Of a DNA stretch of 64,000 nucleotides, positions 8,246-16,911 are shown in pieces; position 1 is the first letter of the stretch; each line of letters begins with the position of its first letter. The DNA is from Hyphomicrobiales bacterium (GTDB lineage: Bacteria > Pseudomonadota > Alphaproteobacteria > Rhizobiales > CBDCVD01). Position numbers and translations under genes: made by a program. Location of the stretch: assembly GCA_965222955.1 (NCBI GenBank), contig OZ244974.1, positions 1,344,226 through 1,408,225 on the forward strand, in the 5' to 3' direction. The notes beneath the pieces are model-generated. The model ran no database searches. It was given only the letters and a program-made list of their open reading frames with translations, and had not been told where the DNA came from.

Positions 8246-10657
8246 ATGCCGACATTTTCACGCAATCTCGAACACGCTTTGCACCAGGCGCTGGCCCATG
8301 CCAATGAGCGTTTGCAGGAATTCGCCACGTTGGAACATTTGTTGTTGGCGCTCATCGATGACAAGGATGCGGCGGCGGTAATGCGCGCCTGCAATGTCAA
8401 TCTTGATGATCTTCGCCAGGGCCTTGTGGACTATATCGATGACGAGCTCAGTTCGCTGGTTGTTGATGATTTTGAGGAATCGAAGCCGACGGCGGCCTTT
8501 CAGCGGGTTATCCAGCGCGCCGTCATCCATGTGCAGTCATCGGGCCGCGAGGAGGTAACGGGGGCGAGTGTCCTCGTGGCGATCTTTGCCGAGCGGGAGA
8601 GTCATGCGGCCTATTTCCTGCAACAGCAGGAAATGACCCGTTTTGATGCGGTGAATTATATCAGCCACGGCATCAGCAAGCGCGCCGGTGCGTCGCAGGC
8701 GCGCGCCATCCGCGGCGTTGATGACGATGCGACCCTGGAGGGAGAGGCAGCGGATCGCGAAAAGGGCAGGGCGCTGAAAGAGTTCTGTGTTGATCTGAAC
8801 GAAAAAGCGGCCGCTGGCAAAATCGACCCGCTCATCGGTCGCCTGCAGGAATTGAACAGAACAATACAGGTCCTTTGCCGCCGGCAAAAGAACAATCCGC
8901 TTTATGTTGGGGACCCCGGCGTGGGCAAAACGGCTATCGCGGAAGGGCTGGCCCATCGTATTGTGCACAAGGAGGTCCCGCCGGTGCTCGCCGATGCCAC
9001 GGTGTTTGCCCTTGATATGGGCGCCTTGCTGGCGGGCACGCGCTATCGCGGGGATTTCGAGGAGCGCTTGAAGGCAGTCGTGCGCGAGATCGAGAATCAC
9101 GCCAATGCCATCATGTTTATCGATGAAATTCATACGGTAATTGGTGCCGGCGCGACCTCGGGCGGGGCGATGGATGCCTCCAATCTGCTCAAGCCGGCGC
9201 TGGCGGCCGGCACGATTCGCTGCATCGGCTCGACGACATACAAGGAGTATCGGCAGTTCTTTGAGAAGGACCGGGCCTTGTTGCGCCGCTTTCAGAAGAT
9301 CGATATCGCCGAGCCGAGCCTGCAGGAGGCGATCGAAATTCTGCGCGGTCTGAAGCCCTATTATGAAGAGCACCACGGCGTTCGCTATACGGGCGGGGCG
9401 ATCAAATCCGCTGTCGAGCTTTCGGCGAAGCATATTCATGATCGAAAACTTCCCGACAAGGCCATCGATGTCATAGATGAGACCGGAGCATCGCTGCATC
9501 TGCTGCCGCCCTCGCGGCGCAAGAGAACCATCGGCGTTCGCGATGTGGAGACGACGGTGGCGACGATGGCGCGTATTCCGCAAAAGTCGATCTCGCGCAG
9601 CGACAGTGAAGTACTGAGCGGTCTTGCGGCCAATCTAAAGCGCGTTATCTACGGCCAGGACACCGCTCTTGAGGCTGTAGTGGCGGCCATCAAGCTGGCG
9701 CGTGCGGGCTTGCGCGAGCCGGAGAAGCCCATCGGTGCCTATCTTTTTTCCGGCCCCACGGGCGTCGGCAAGACGGAGGTCGCGCGCCAGCTTGCGAGCC
9801 ATCTCGGCGTGGAACTGCTGCGCTTTGATATGTCTGAATACATGGAACGGCATACGGTCTCGCGGTTGATCGGTGCGCCACCGGGCTATGTTGGTTTCGA
9901 TCAGGGCGGGTTGCTAACGGATGGGGTTGACCAGCATCCCCATTGTGTCGTCCTGCTCGATGAAATCGAAAAGGCACATCCGGATCTGTTCAATATTTTG
10001 CTGCAGGTGATGGATCACGGCAAGTTGACGGATCACAATGGCAAGCGGATTGATTTTCGCAACGTCATTTTGATCATGACAACCAACGCCGGTGCCGAAG
10101 ACCTGGCCAGGGCGCCCATCGGCTTTAATCGTGCGCGCCGCGAGGGGGATGACGAGGAAGCGATCACGCGCATGTTCTCGCCGGAGTTTCGCAATCGCCT
10201 CGATGCGATTATCGGTTTTTCCGGCTTGCCGCCCGAGATCGTGCGCAAGGTGGTGACCAAATTCGTCATGCAGCTTGAGGCGCAATTGGGGGATCGCGGC
10301 GTAACGTTTGAGTTAAGCGAAGCGGCCTGTGATTGGCTGGCGAAAAAGGGGTATGACGAAAAAATGGGCGCGCGGCCCCTGGCGCGGGTTATTCAGGAGC
10401 ATATCAAAAAGCCGCTTGCCGATGAGGTTTTGTTTGGCGATCTGAAAAAGGGTGGCACGGTTTTTGTCAGTGTCAGGAAAAAGGGCGGCAAGAGCCTTCT
10501 TCATCTGCGCGTGGTTGCTGACAAGCCTCTGTTGTCTTCGCGCGCCGGCAAAAGTCGCCCACCGGCCATTGAGGCCAGACCGGCGATGGCGGGTAAAAAG
10601 ACGGCGGGCAAAGAAAAAAAGGAAAATCGTGACGGGCGTACAAAATCCCGGATGTGA
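8246..10657 (+). CDS. clpA: ATP-dependent Clp protease ATP-binding subunit ClpA
   Basis: 803 aa. Clp N-domain and two AAA+ modules ([15 protein letters not shown]; [15 protein letters not shown]). Immediately downstream of clpS. Confidence 0.95.
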   Translation: MPTFSRNLEHALHQALAHANERLQEFATLEHLLLALIDDKDAAAVMRACNVNLDDLRQGLVDYIDDELSSLVVDDFEESKPTAAFQRVIQRAVIHVQSSGREEVTGASVLVAIFAERESHAAYFLQQQEMTRFDAVNYISHGISKRAGASQARAIRGVDDDATLEGEAADREKGRALKEFCVDLNEKAAAGKIDPLIGRLQELNRTIQVLCRRQKNNPLYVGDPGVGKTAIAEGLAHRIVHKEVPPVLADATVFALDMGALLAGTRYRGDFEERLKAVVREIENHANAIMFIDEIHTVIGAGATSGGAMDASNLLKPALAAGTIRCIGSTTYKEYRQFFEKDRALLRRFQKIDIAEPSLQEAIEILRGLKPYYEEHHGVRYTGGAIKSAVELSAKHIHDRKLPDKAIDVIDETGASLHLLPPSRRKRTIGVRDVETTVATMARIPQKSISRSDSEVLSGLAANLKRVIYGQDTALEAVVAAIKLARAGLREPEKPIGAYLFSGPTGVGKTEVARQLASHLGVELLRFDMSEYMERHTVSRLIGAPPGYVGFDQGGLLTDGVDQHPHCVVLLDEIEKAHPDLFNILLQVMDHGKLTDHNGKRIDFRNVILIMTTNAGAEDLARAPIGFNRARREGDDEEAITRMFSPEFRNRLDAIIGFSGLPPEIVRKVVTKFVMQLEAQLGDRGVTFELSEAACDWLAKKGYDEKMGARPLARVIQEHIKKPLADEVLFGDLKKGGTVFVSVRKKGGKSLLHLRVVADKPLLSSRAGKSRPPAIEARPAMAGKKTAGKEKKENRDGRTKSRM

Positions 10658-10788
10658 TCTTTCAACGGGTTGTTCCCGGGACAGGCAGATCTGAAGCGAT
10701 ACCTGGTGCGGCCGTTGCCGCAGATGATCAGGTAAATGGCTCCCTGTACCCGATGGGTTTATCAGGGACAACGTGCTGAAATTACACA
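10653..10788 (+). repeat. MITE-like family B copy overlapping the clpA stop codon
   Basis: Starts tgtgatctttcaacgggttgttcccggg and ends cagggacaacgtgctgaaattacaca. The clpA TGA (10655-10657) lies inside the terminus. Confidence 0.8.
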
Positions 10789-11293
10789 CCAAGAGGTGAT
10801 AACTGAAATTCGCCGCGCCGCCGCAAGAACCGGGCGCAAAAAGCGCCGTTGAACGCAGCAATATTATTGGCTTATACCAACGGCTCTTATGGTTGACTCA
10901 TAAAGCCGTTGGCAAGGCCGACTGGCCGCCGCGCCTTATGGCGCGTAAGCCTTAGTGGCGTTTGAACGATAACGGTCATTCTTTATGACCGTTAGTATTA
11001 GTTATCGATTGAGAAATAATTGTAAGATGTATTACAATATTATTGGCCTATTAATTGCGCTATATTAACATATATGCACAATTTTTAATAGAATATTTAT
11101 TCCATCACAATCCAGTCCAGCCCAACCTGTTAAGGGAGATTCCTGGTGATTCGTCACAGGGAGTCCGTGTTTACGGCTGGCAATCCTCAAAACAGGATCG
11201 CAGTCGGACAAAACTGTTTGAGGATCGGGCGGAAAAAGCACAGCTCTGCCCCGATCGGAATTTGTGTGGGGGGTATTTTGGATTTCAGGCGTA

Positions 11294-14200
11294 ATGTATT
11301 CCTTTGTTGGCAGACTGTATCTTCTTATAGTGATGGCTTTGGTGCCCGGTGCATTGTTTATGAACGCGGCTCCCGCCGTAGCTGCGAATGTGAGCTGCGG
11401 TGGGGCGAGCGTTGCCAGCCCAAGGCAAAATGATATTGTCTTCATTATTTTTGCAAACACCACTACTTACAAACCCAACGGCGATTACTATGAGTGTGAA
11501 ACCTCTGAGGTGGCGCATGGATCTGTTGATCCGAGAACGCAGACTTTGGCACACAGCGGCGTGCTCATGGTTATTCCTCAAGTTGGTTCCAGTGACGAGA
11601 ACATTTACTTCTCGTTTGCACCGAGTATGCCGGGCGATGGTCAGCCGATCCAGAGGGCCGGGTCATCGTGCAGTAGCGGCACCCTGGACTATTTCCCTGC
11701 TCACGGGCGACAGGATAGTGTGGTGGCGATTAACCTGCCGACAAACAGCAGATGCGATCTCACCATTACAGGCGTCCATGGGAGTGTCTTTACAGGCAAA
11801 CTGCGACGTGTGCGCGATGGATATTCACTCACGGTTATCCGGTTGATCGTTCCGGATCCGGATATGGTCGTTTCCGGTGCTGGCGTGGAGATCAGCAACG
11901 GCGATTCCACGCCGCAGGTAGCGGATAACACGGATTTCGGCTGGGTTGCAGTGGGCGCCACAAAGGAACACACCTTTGAGGTATCCAATAAAAATACCAA
12001 CGGCATGCTGATTTTGCCTATTGATCCTGGCAGCGGCTCGACGCGCGTTCAAATCAGCGACAGTACGAATTTTACCGTCAGCCGGGATTTGCAACCCGCA
12101 GGGCGCGGCAATATCACCCTGCCGTTCAGGATAACGTTCACACCGCGTAGCGCGGGTACCAAAACGGCGACTGTCACAATTCTCAGCAATGACCCCAATA
12201 AAAATCCTTATACCTTTGTCATTCAGGGAGGAAAAAGGACCCTGACGCCGGCAAGCATTGAGTTGGAGCCACAACGGCCCAAAGCAGGGGAGACCGGTGT
12301 CAGAGCGGTTATCAAGTTTAGCGGCCCTCTTACACCGTCACTTTCGGGTACGGCGGATATTACGATCTCCGGAACCGGTGTGGAGAACGGGCCCGTTAAC
12401 TGCCCGAGGGCGGCGAGTTCGAGTTCCCCGTCCGACTATACTTTCATATGTACATTTAACATAGGGGCGGCAGGACGCGATAATATCACCGTTACATTGA
12501 ACAGCTTATCCGATCCCAACTATCAGGGATCAGGCAGCGAGAGGTTCAGCGTCGACGCGGCGGATGCGAGCATTGTGTTCGAACCTGCCCTGAGTTCGGC
12601 GACGGTTGGCACGCCCACGACGATAACGGCGAAGGTGACGGCGCCGGGTGCGGGCAACACGGTACCCGGGAGCGTGACGTTTTCCGGCCTTCCCCCCGGG
12701 GCCAACTGTCCTGGTTCCATTGCGCTGACGCCAACGGCTACGGCCGATGAATTTATCGCCAGTTGCACCTTCACCCCGAGCCAGGCGGGGGTCTACACCA
12801 CCATCGGCGCGGCGTTCACCGCAAGCAGCACGAACTATAATGACGACAGTATCACCGGCCAGAGCCTTAGCGTCGACGCGGCGGATGCGAGCATTGTGTT
12901 CGAACCTGCCCTGAGTTCGGCGACGGTTGGCACGCCCACGACGATAACGGCGAAGGTGACGGCGCCGGGTGCGGGCAACACGGTACCCGGGAGCGTGACG
13001 TTTTCCGGCCTTCCCCCCGGGGCCAACTGTCCTGGTTCCATTGCGCTGACGCCAACGGCTACGGCCGATGAATTTATCGCCAGTTGCACCTTCACCCCGA
13101 GCCAGGCGGGGGTCTACACCACCATCGGCGCGGCGTTCACCGCAAGCAGCACGAACTATAATGACGACAGTATCACCGGCCAGAGCCTTAGCGTCGACGC
13201 GGCGGATGCGAGCATTGTGTTCGAACCTGCCCTGAGTTCGGCGACGGTTGGCACGCCCACGACGATAACGGCGAAGGTGACGGCGCCGGGTGCGGGCAAC
13301 ACGGTACCCGGGAGCGTGACGTTTTCCGGCCTTCCCCCCGGGGCCAACTGTCCTGGTTCCATTGCGCTGACGCCAACGGCTACGGCCGATGAATTTATCG
13401 CCAGTTGCACCTTCACCCCGAGCCAGGCGGGGGTCTACACCACCATCGGCGCGGCGTTCACCGCAAGCAGCACGAACTATAATGACGACAGTATCACCGG
13501 CCAGAGCCTTAGCGTCGATGGGGCGGATGCGAGCATTGTGTTCGAACCTGCCCTGAGTTCGGCGACGGTTGGCACGCCCACGACGATAACGGCGAAGGTG
13601 ACGGCGCCGGGTGCGGGCAACACGGTACCCGGGAGCGTGACGTTTTCCGGCCTTCCCCCCGGGGCCAACTGTCCTGGTTCCATTGCGCTGACGCCAACGG
13701 CTACGGCCGATGAATTTATCGCCAGTTGCACCTTCACCCCGAGCCAGGCGGGGGTCTACACCACCATCGGCGCGGCGTTCACCGCAAGCAGCACGAACTA
13801 TAATGACGACAGTATCACCGGCCAGAGCCTTACCGTCAACAGGGCGGCTGTGCGAGTGGTGACAACTATCGGCCTGGATCCAAGCGAGCCTGAGGTTGAT
13901 CGGCAGGTTACCATGCGCATAACGTTTTCGCGTCCTGCGGGTGTGCCGTTTTCAGGAACCTTCGATATCTCCCTTGCGGGAACCGGCTCGCCAGCCGCCG
14001 CAATCGGCGCCACGGACTGCAAGAGAACCGGCAATATCATTCCTCCACAAGGCGGGACATTTACCTGCACATTTACCCCGACGTCGCCGGGTGAACTGAA
14101 TTTGCAGGTGCTGAACCTGGCCGATCCGCGTTATACGTTTGCCCAAACCACTGTTTCGCTCAGGGTTACGGTTATACGCAATGTCGCCAGGCTGACCACG

Positions 14201-15301
14201 CAGATGGTGGTGGATTATCTGGGGGATCGGAACGCCATATTGCTTGCCAACGGGGTGAATATGAACAACCGCCTGAACCGTCTGAGCAAAGGCAGAGGCG
14301 GACAGATGGGGGGCAATATCAGCGTTAATCTGGGCCGGTCTGAAGATGCGACGGCGTCGGCGTTTTCCATGGATTTGCGTACCTTCCTGCCTGGCGATGT
14401 TAGTATTACCGGCGATACCATCACATTCGCCGCCAGCACGATACGCCTGATGCGTTCGGGGGCCTTCGGCGCCGATTCAGATGATCGTGATGTGGGGGAG
14501 TCTGTGCTCGAGGGAGGCGACGACCGCGGGGCCGTTAGCTCGGGGCCGCGTTGGGATGTCTGGATTGAAGGGCGTATTTCGCGCTTTGACAGCAGCAGCA
14601 ACGACGGCACACTCGGTGTTGTCTATCTTGGGGCGGACTATCTGATCACGCCGAGCATGCTCATCGGCCTGATGACCCAGTACGACTGGCTGAAGAAAGA
14701 TTACGACACCAACGGCCGCATCAAGGGGCAGGGCTGGATGGTCGGGCCCTACGCGGCGGCTCGTCTCGACGAGAGACTGTTTCTGGAGGTACAGGTGCGG
14801 GGCGGCCGCTCAAGCAACGATATCACGCCCATCGGCACTTATACGGACAGGTTCAAGACGACGCGCTGGTACGTCAGCGGCAGGTTAAACGGCGACTTCG
14901 ATTACGGCGACTGGACAATCCGTCCGGGCGTATCAGCGCAATATCTGGCCGAGAAACAAAAGGGGTATACGGACAGTCTGGGCAATTCCATAGCGGCGCG
15001 GACGATATCGCAGGGCGATATTCGCGTGGGTCCGCGCGTTGCATACACCTATGGCCTTGGCGATGGGGGTGCGATTATTCCCTGGGCGGAGTTCGAGGGG
15101 GTCTACACGTTTGGCAGCAAGGACAAGTTCAGCACGGGTGGTTATGCGTTCGATATTCACGGGTTATCGGGGAGTGTCGAGGCGGGTCTTGACTGGCGCA
15201 CGGCGACGGGGGCGGTGTTCTCGCTGTCGGGCTCCTACGATGGCATCGGCTCGGGCTCATCGAGCTATGGGGCGCGTGCGCGTGTCGATATTGCATTTTA
15301 G
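11294..15301 (+). CDS. Autotransporter outer-membrane protein with Ig-like repeat passenger
   Basis: Signal peptide (MYSFVGRLYLLIVMALVPGALFMNAAPAVAA), ASH/choice-of-anchor-like domain, four 107-aa repeats, C-terminal beta-barrel ending RARVDIAF. Start chosen at ATG 11294. Confidence 0.8.
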   Translation: MYSFVGRLYLLIVMALVPGALFMNAAPAVAANVSCGGASVASPRQNDIVFIIFANTTTYKPNGDYYECETSEVAHGSVDPRTQTLAHSGVLMVIPQVGSSDENIYFSFAPSMPGDGQPIQRAGSSCSSGTLDYFPAHGRQDSVVAINLPTNSRCDLTITGVHGSVFTGKLRRVRDGYSLTVIRLIVPDPDMVVSGAGVEISNGDSTPQVADNTDFGWVAVGATKEHTFEVSNKNTNGMLILPIDPGSGSTRVQISDSTNFTVSRDLQPAGRGNITLPFRITFTPRSAGTKTATVTILSNDPNKNPYTFVIQGGKRTLTPASIELEPQRPKAGETGVRAVIKFSGPLTPSLSGTADITISGTGVENGPVNCPRAASSSSPSDYTFICTFNIGAAGRDNITVTLNSLSDPNYQGSGSERFSVDAADASIVFEPALSSATVGTPTTITAKVTAPGAGNTVPGSVTFSGLPPGANCPGSIALTPTATADEFIASCTFTPSQAGVYTTIGAAFTASSTNYNDDSITGQSLSVDAADASIVFEPALSSATVGTPTTITAKVTAPGAGNTVPGSVTFSGLPPGANCPGSIALTPTATADEFIASCTFTPSQAGVYTTIGAAFTASSTNYNDDSITGQSLSVDAADASIVFEPALSSATVGTPTTITAKVTAPGAGNTVPGSVTFSGLPPGANCPGSIALTPTATADEFIASCTFTPSQAGVYTTIGAAFTASSTNYNDDSITGQSLSVDGADASIVFEPALSSATVGTPTTITAKVTAPGAGNTVPGSVTFSGLPPGANCPGSIALTPTATADEFIASCTFTPSQAGVYTTIGAAFTASSTNYNDDSITGQSLTVNRAAVRVVTTIGLDPSEPEVDRQVTMRITFSRPAGVPFSGTFDISLAGTGSPAAAIGATDCKRTGNIIPPQGGTFTCTFTPTSPGELNLQVLNLADPRYTFAQTTVSLRVTVIRNVARLTTQMVVDYLGDRNAILLANGVNMNNRLNRLSKGRGGQMGGNISVNLGRSEDATASAFSMDLRTFLPGDVSITGDTITFAASTIRLMRSGAFGADSDDRDVGESVLEGGDDRGAVSSGPRWDVWIEGRISRFDSSSNDGTLGVVYLGADYLITPSMLIGLMTQYDWLKKDYDTNGRIKGQGWMVGPYAAARLDERLFLEVQVRGGRSSNDITPIGTYTDRFKTTRWYVSGRLNGDFDYGDWTIRPGVSAQYLAEKQKGYTDSLGNSIAARTISQGDIRVGPRVAYTYGLGDGGAIIPWAEFEGVYTFGSKDKFSTGGYAFDIHGLSGSVEAGLDWRTATGAVFSLSGSYDGIGSGSSSYGARARVDIAF
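12551..13834 (+). repeat. Four tandem 321-bp (107-codon) repeats inside the autotransporter
   Basis: gtcgacgcggcggatgcgag recurs at 12551, 12872 and 13193, and as gtcgatggggcggatgcgag at 13514. Exact 321-bp period. Copies 1-3 look identical by eye. Confidence 0.95.
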
Positions 15302-15316
15302 AGCGTCGGGCGATTA

Positions 15317-15420
15317 ATACCAGCGGTATTGGCGTTTTGTACGCGCTGACGTGTGTATCGTGCTGATAGGACAACGGTTTTAATCTGCATCAGGAGTCAA
15401 ACGCAAAGCCCCCTGGTATA
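15317..15420 (+). mobile_element. MITE family C copy (about 101 bp) with TAA target duplication
   Basis: taccagcggtattggcg...cccctggta flanked by taa on both sides. Begins 16 nt after the autotransporter stop. Confidence 0.85.
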
Positions 15421-15458
15421 AGTTGCAACAATAACCCCGGTTCCGGATAAGAGAAAGA

Positions 15459-15514
15459 CCAGAGCGTGTCAGGTCTTAACAGAATTGATTCTATTAAGAC
15501 CTGACACGCTCTGG
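15459..15514. mobile_element. Family A 'solo TIR pair' (both TIRs, no internal sequence)
   Basis: ccagagcgtgtcaggtcttaacagaattgattctattaagacctgacacgctctgg. Confidence 0.8.
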
Positions 15515-15651
15515 TGCGGCCCTTGCCGCAGATGGCCGGCAGCACCCGATGAATTTACCAGGGACAGCCTGTTTAAATTATACCAGTTTAATCTTTCAAC
15601 AGGTTGCTCTCAAGGTGGCAGGTCTGAAGTCAGGGTAGTTGCAGTCCTCTT
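15515..15651. repeat. Family B, permuted (right half followed by left half)
   Basis: cttgccgcagatggccggcagcacccgatgaatttaccagggacagcctgtttaaatta, then aatctttcaacaggttgctctcaaggtggcaggtctgaagtcagg. Confidence 0.65.
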
Positions 15652-15754
15652 ATACCAGGGGGCTTTGCGTTTGACTCCTGACGCAGATTAAAACCGTTGT
15701 CCTATCAGCACGATACACAAGTCAGCGTGTACCAAAAGCCGATACCGCTGGTAT
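15652..15754 (-). mobile_element. MITE family C copy, inverted relative to 15317..15420, with TTA duplication
   Basis: taccagggggctttgcgtttgactcctgac...gataccgctggta flanked by tta on both sides. Confidence 0.85.
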
Positions 15755-16073
15755 TATTACGTTCAGGGGGCGATGCAAAGGCGAGATCCTCTGCACGGAC
15801 CGGTGCAAACAACATCCGGCCTCAATCACACGAGAGCGGGTAAAACCACACAAGAGCAATCACTGATGGAATCATGGCAGATATTTAGCACAACAGCCGA
15901 TTCCCGATTTTAACGTTATTGATATCCACAAGAGCCTGGAGCCCCGGCAAGTTTTTTGCCCTGTCCTGCATCCCAATTTTACGCGGGTTTCATCGTCCTT
16001 GCCACAGCAAGGAGATTGATAGCGCTGCCGGAATGGCGAAAGGCACTTTTCCAGCGGCGACGAATCAGCCACG

Positions 16074-16430
16074 TTAGAGCGTGTCAGGTCTTGATAGAAG
16101 CAATTTTCGTTTCTCAATTGGCGAGGCGATATCCACGCTCAAGGCGATCGAAGAGCGATGGCGACCCATCTCTCGAGAGCGGCCTGGGTGCGGGCGTCCG
16201 CCAATCGGCAAACCCGAAGGGACGGGCGATTTTGCTATGGATTTCAGGGCGATCAGCTTTATGGCGTTAGCATTACCCTTGGCAAAACGGGTACAGCTAA
16301 CGCCAGGCTGATCCAATATGAACCTTAAGTCTCTTGGAAACAGCCCCACTATATCCTGCGAGACTTAAGGTTCATCTTGTCGCAAAATCGCTCCGTCAGA
16401 ATGGCTCTATCAAGACCTGACACGCTCCAG
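16074..16430 (+). mobile_element. MITE family A, long form (357 bp, carries sub-element G)
   Basis: TIRs ttagagcgtgtcaggtcttgatagaa / ctatcaagacctgacacgctccag. Internal G segment atttcagggcgatcagctttatggcgttagc...gctaacgccaggctgatc. Confidence 0.85.
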
Positions 16431-16530
16431 GGTCGGTGATGTGCGATGGGCGTGATGCATAAGATTTTAACACACGCATCCGCCACAAGTGCATTAGTCA
16501 TCGAATCTGACACCGAATCCGGTGGCAAAC

Positions 16531-16546
16531 CTACTATATTTAGTAT
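16531..16546 (+). promoter_or_regulatory. Candidate NrdR box upstream of nrdJ
   Basis: ctactatatttagtat resembles the NrdR palindrome acaCtATATaTAGtgt. I could not find a convincing second box. Confidence 0.3.
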
Positions 16547-16911
16547 ATGTTAATCTTTGCTCCGCCATATGTTGATTATGTGCTTTGGTACATGGTTGTC
16601 AACGGTGGCGACGGGCGTATCGTCGTGATGGGCTGTCGGGATGTATGGCGCTTGCAGATACGTGGCTGACCGCAATCGGCGCGCGTCGCAAAGTGGACAT
16701 TGCATTGCCAGGCATCGCGGGTTGTTCGAGTCACCAGATGTTTGCCGTTGCGACGGGGGTTTGGGGGTTAGTAAAACCGGTTTGTGGCGATTGATCGCCT
16801 GGGAATCCACCTGGGCCTGTGCTGGCGCCTGACACTGTGTTGGCGCCCGTATGTGAGCCAACAAACGAGACTTAACAAACGAGACTTGCAAGACTTAAAA
16901 GAGGACAAACC

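Noticed and set aside
16074-16349. Recurrent 75-95-aa ORFs inside family A copies (e.g. 16074..16349, 30260..30523, 35457..35744, 48047..48289, 47138..47323).
   Set aside because: They occur on either strand depending on copy orientation. They differ by indels between the short and long forms, and they span the hairpin arms. A non-coding MITE explains them better.
16780-16870. Possible cobalamin riboswitch in the nrdJ leader (gggaatccacc..., gcctgacactgtg).
   Set aside because: The conserved B12 box (GCCACTG in context) and the GGTG..AA..CC core are not present in the correct form. B12 riboswitches are also not expected on B12-dependent nrdJ.
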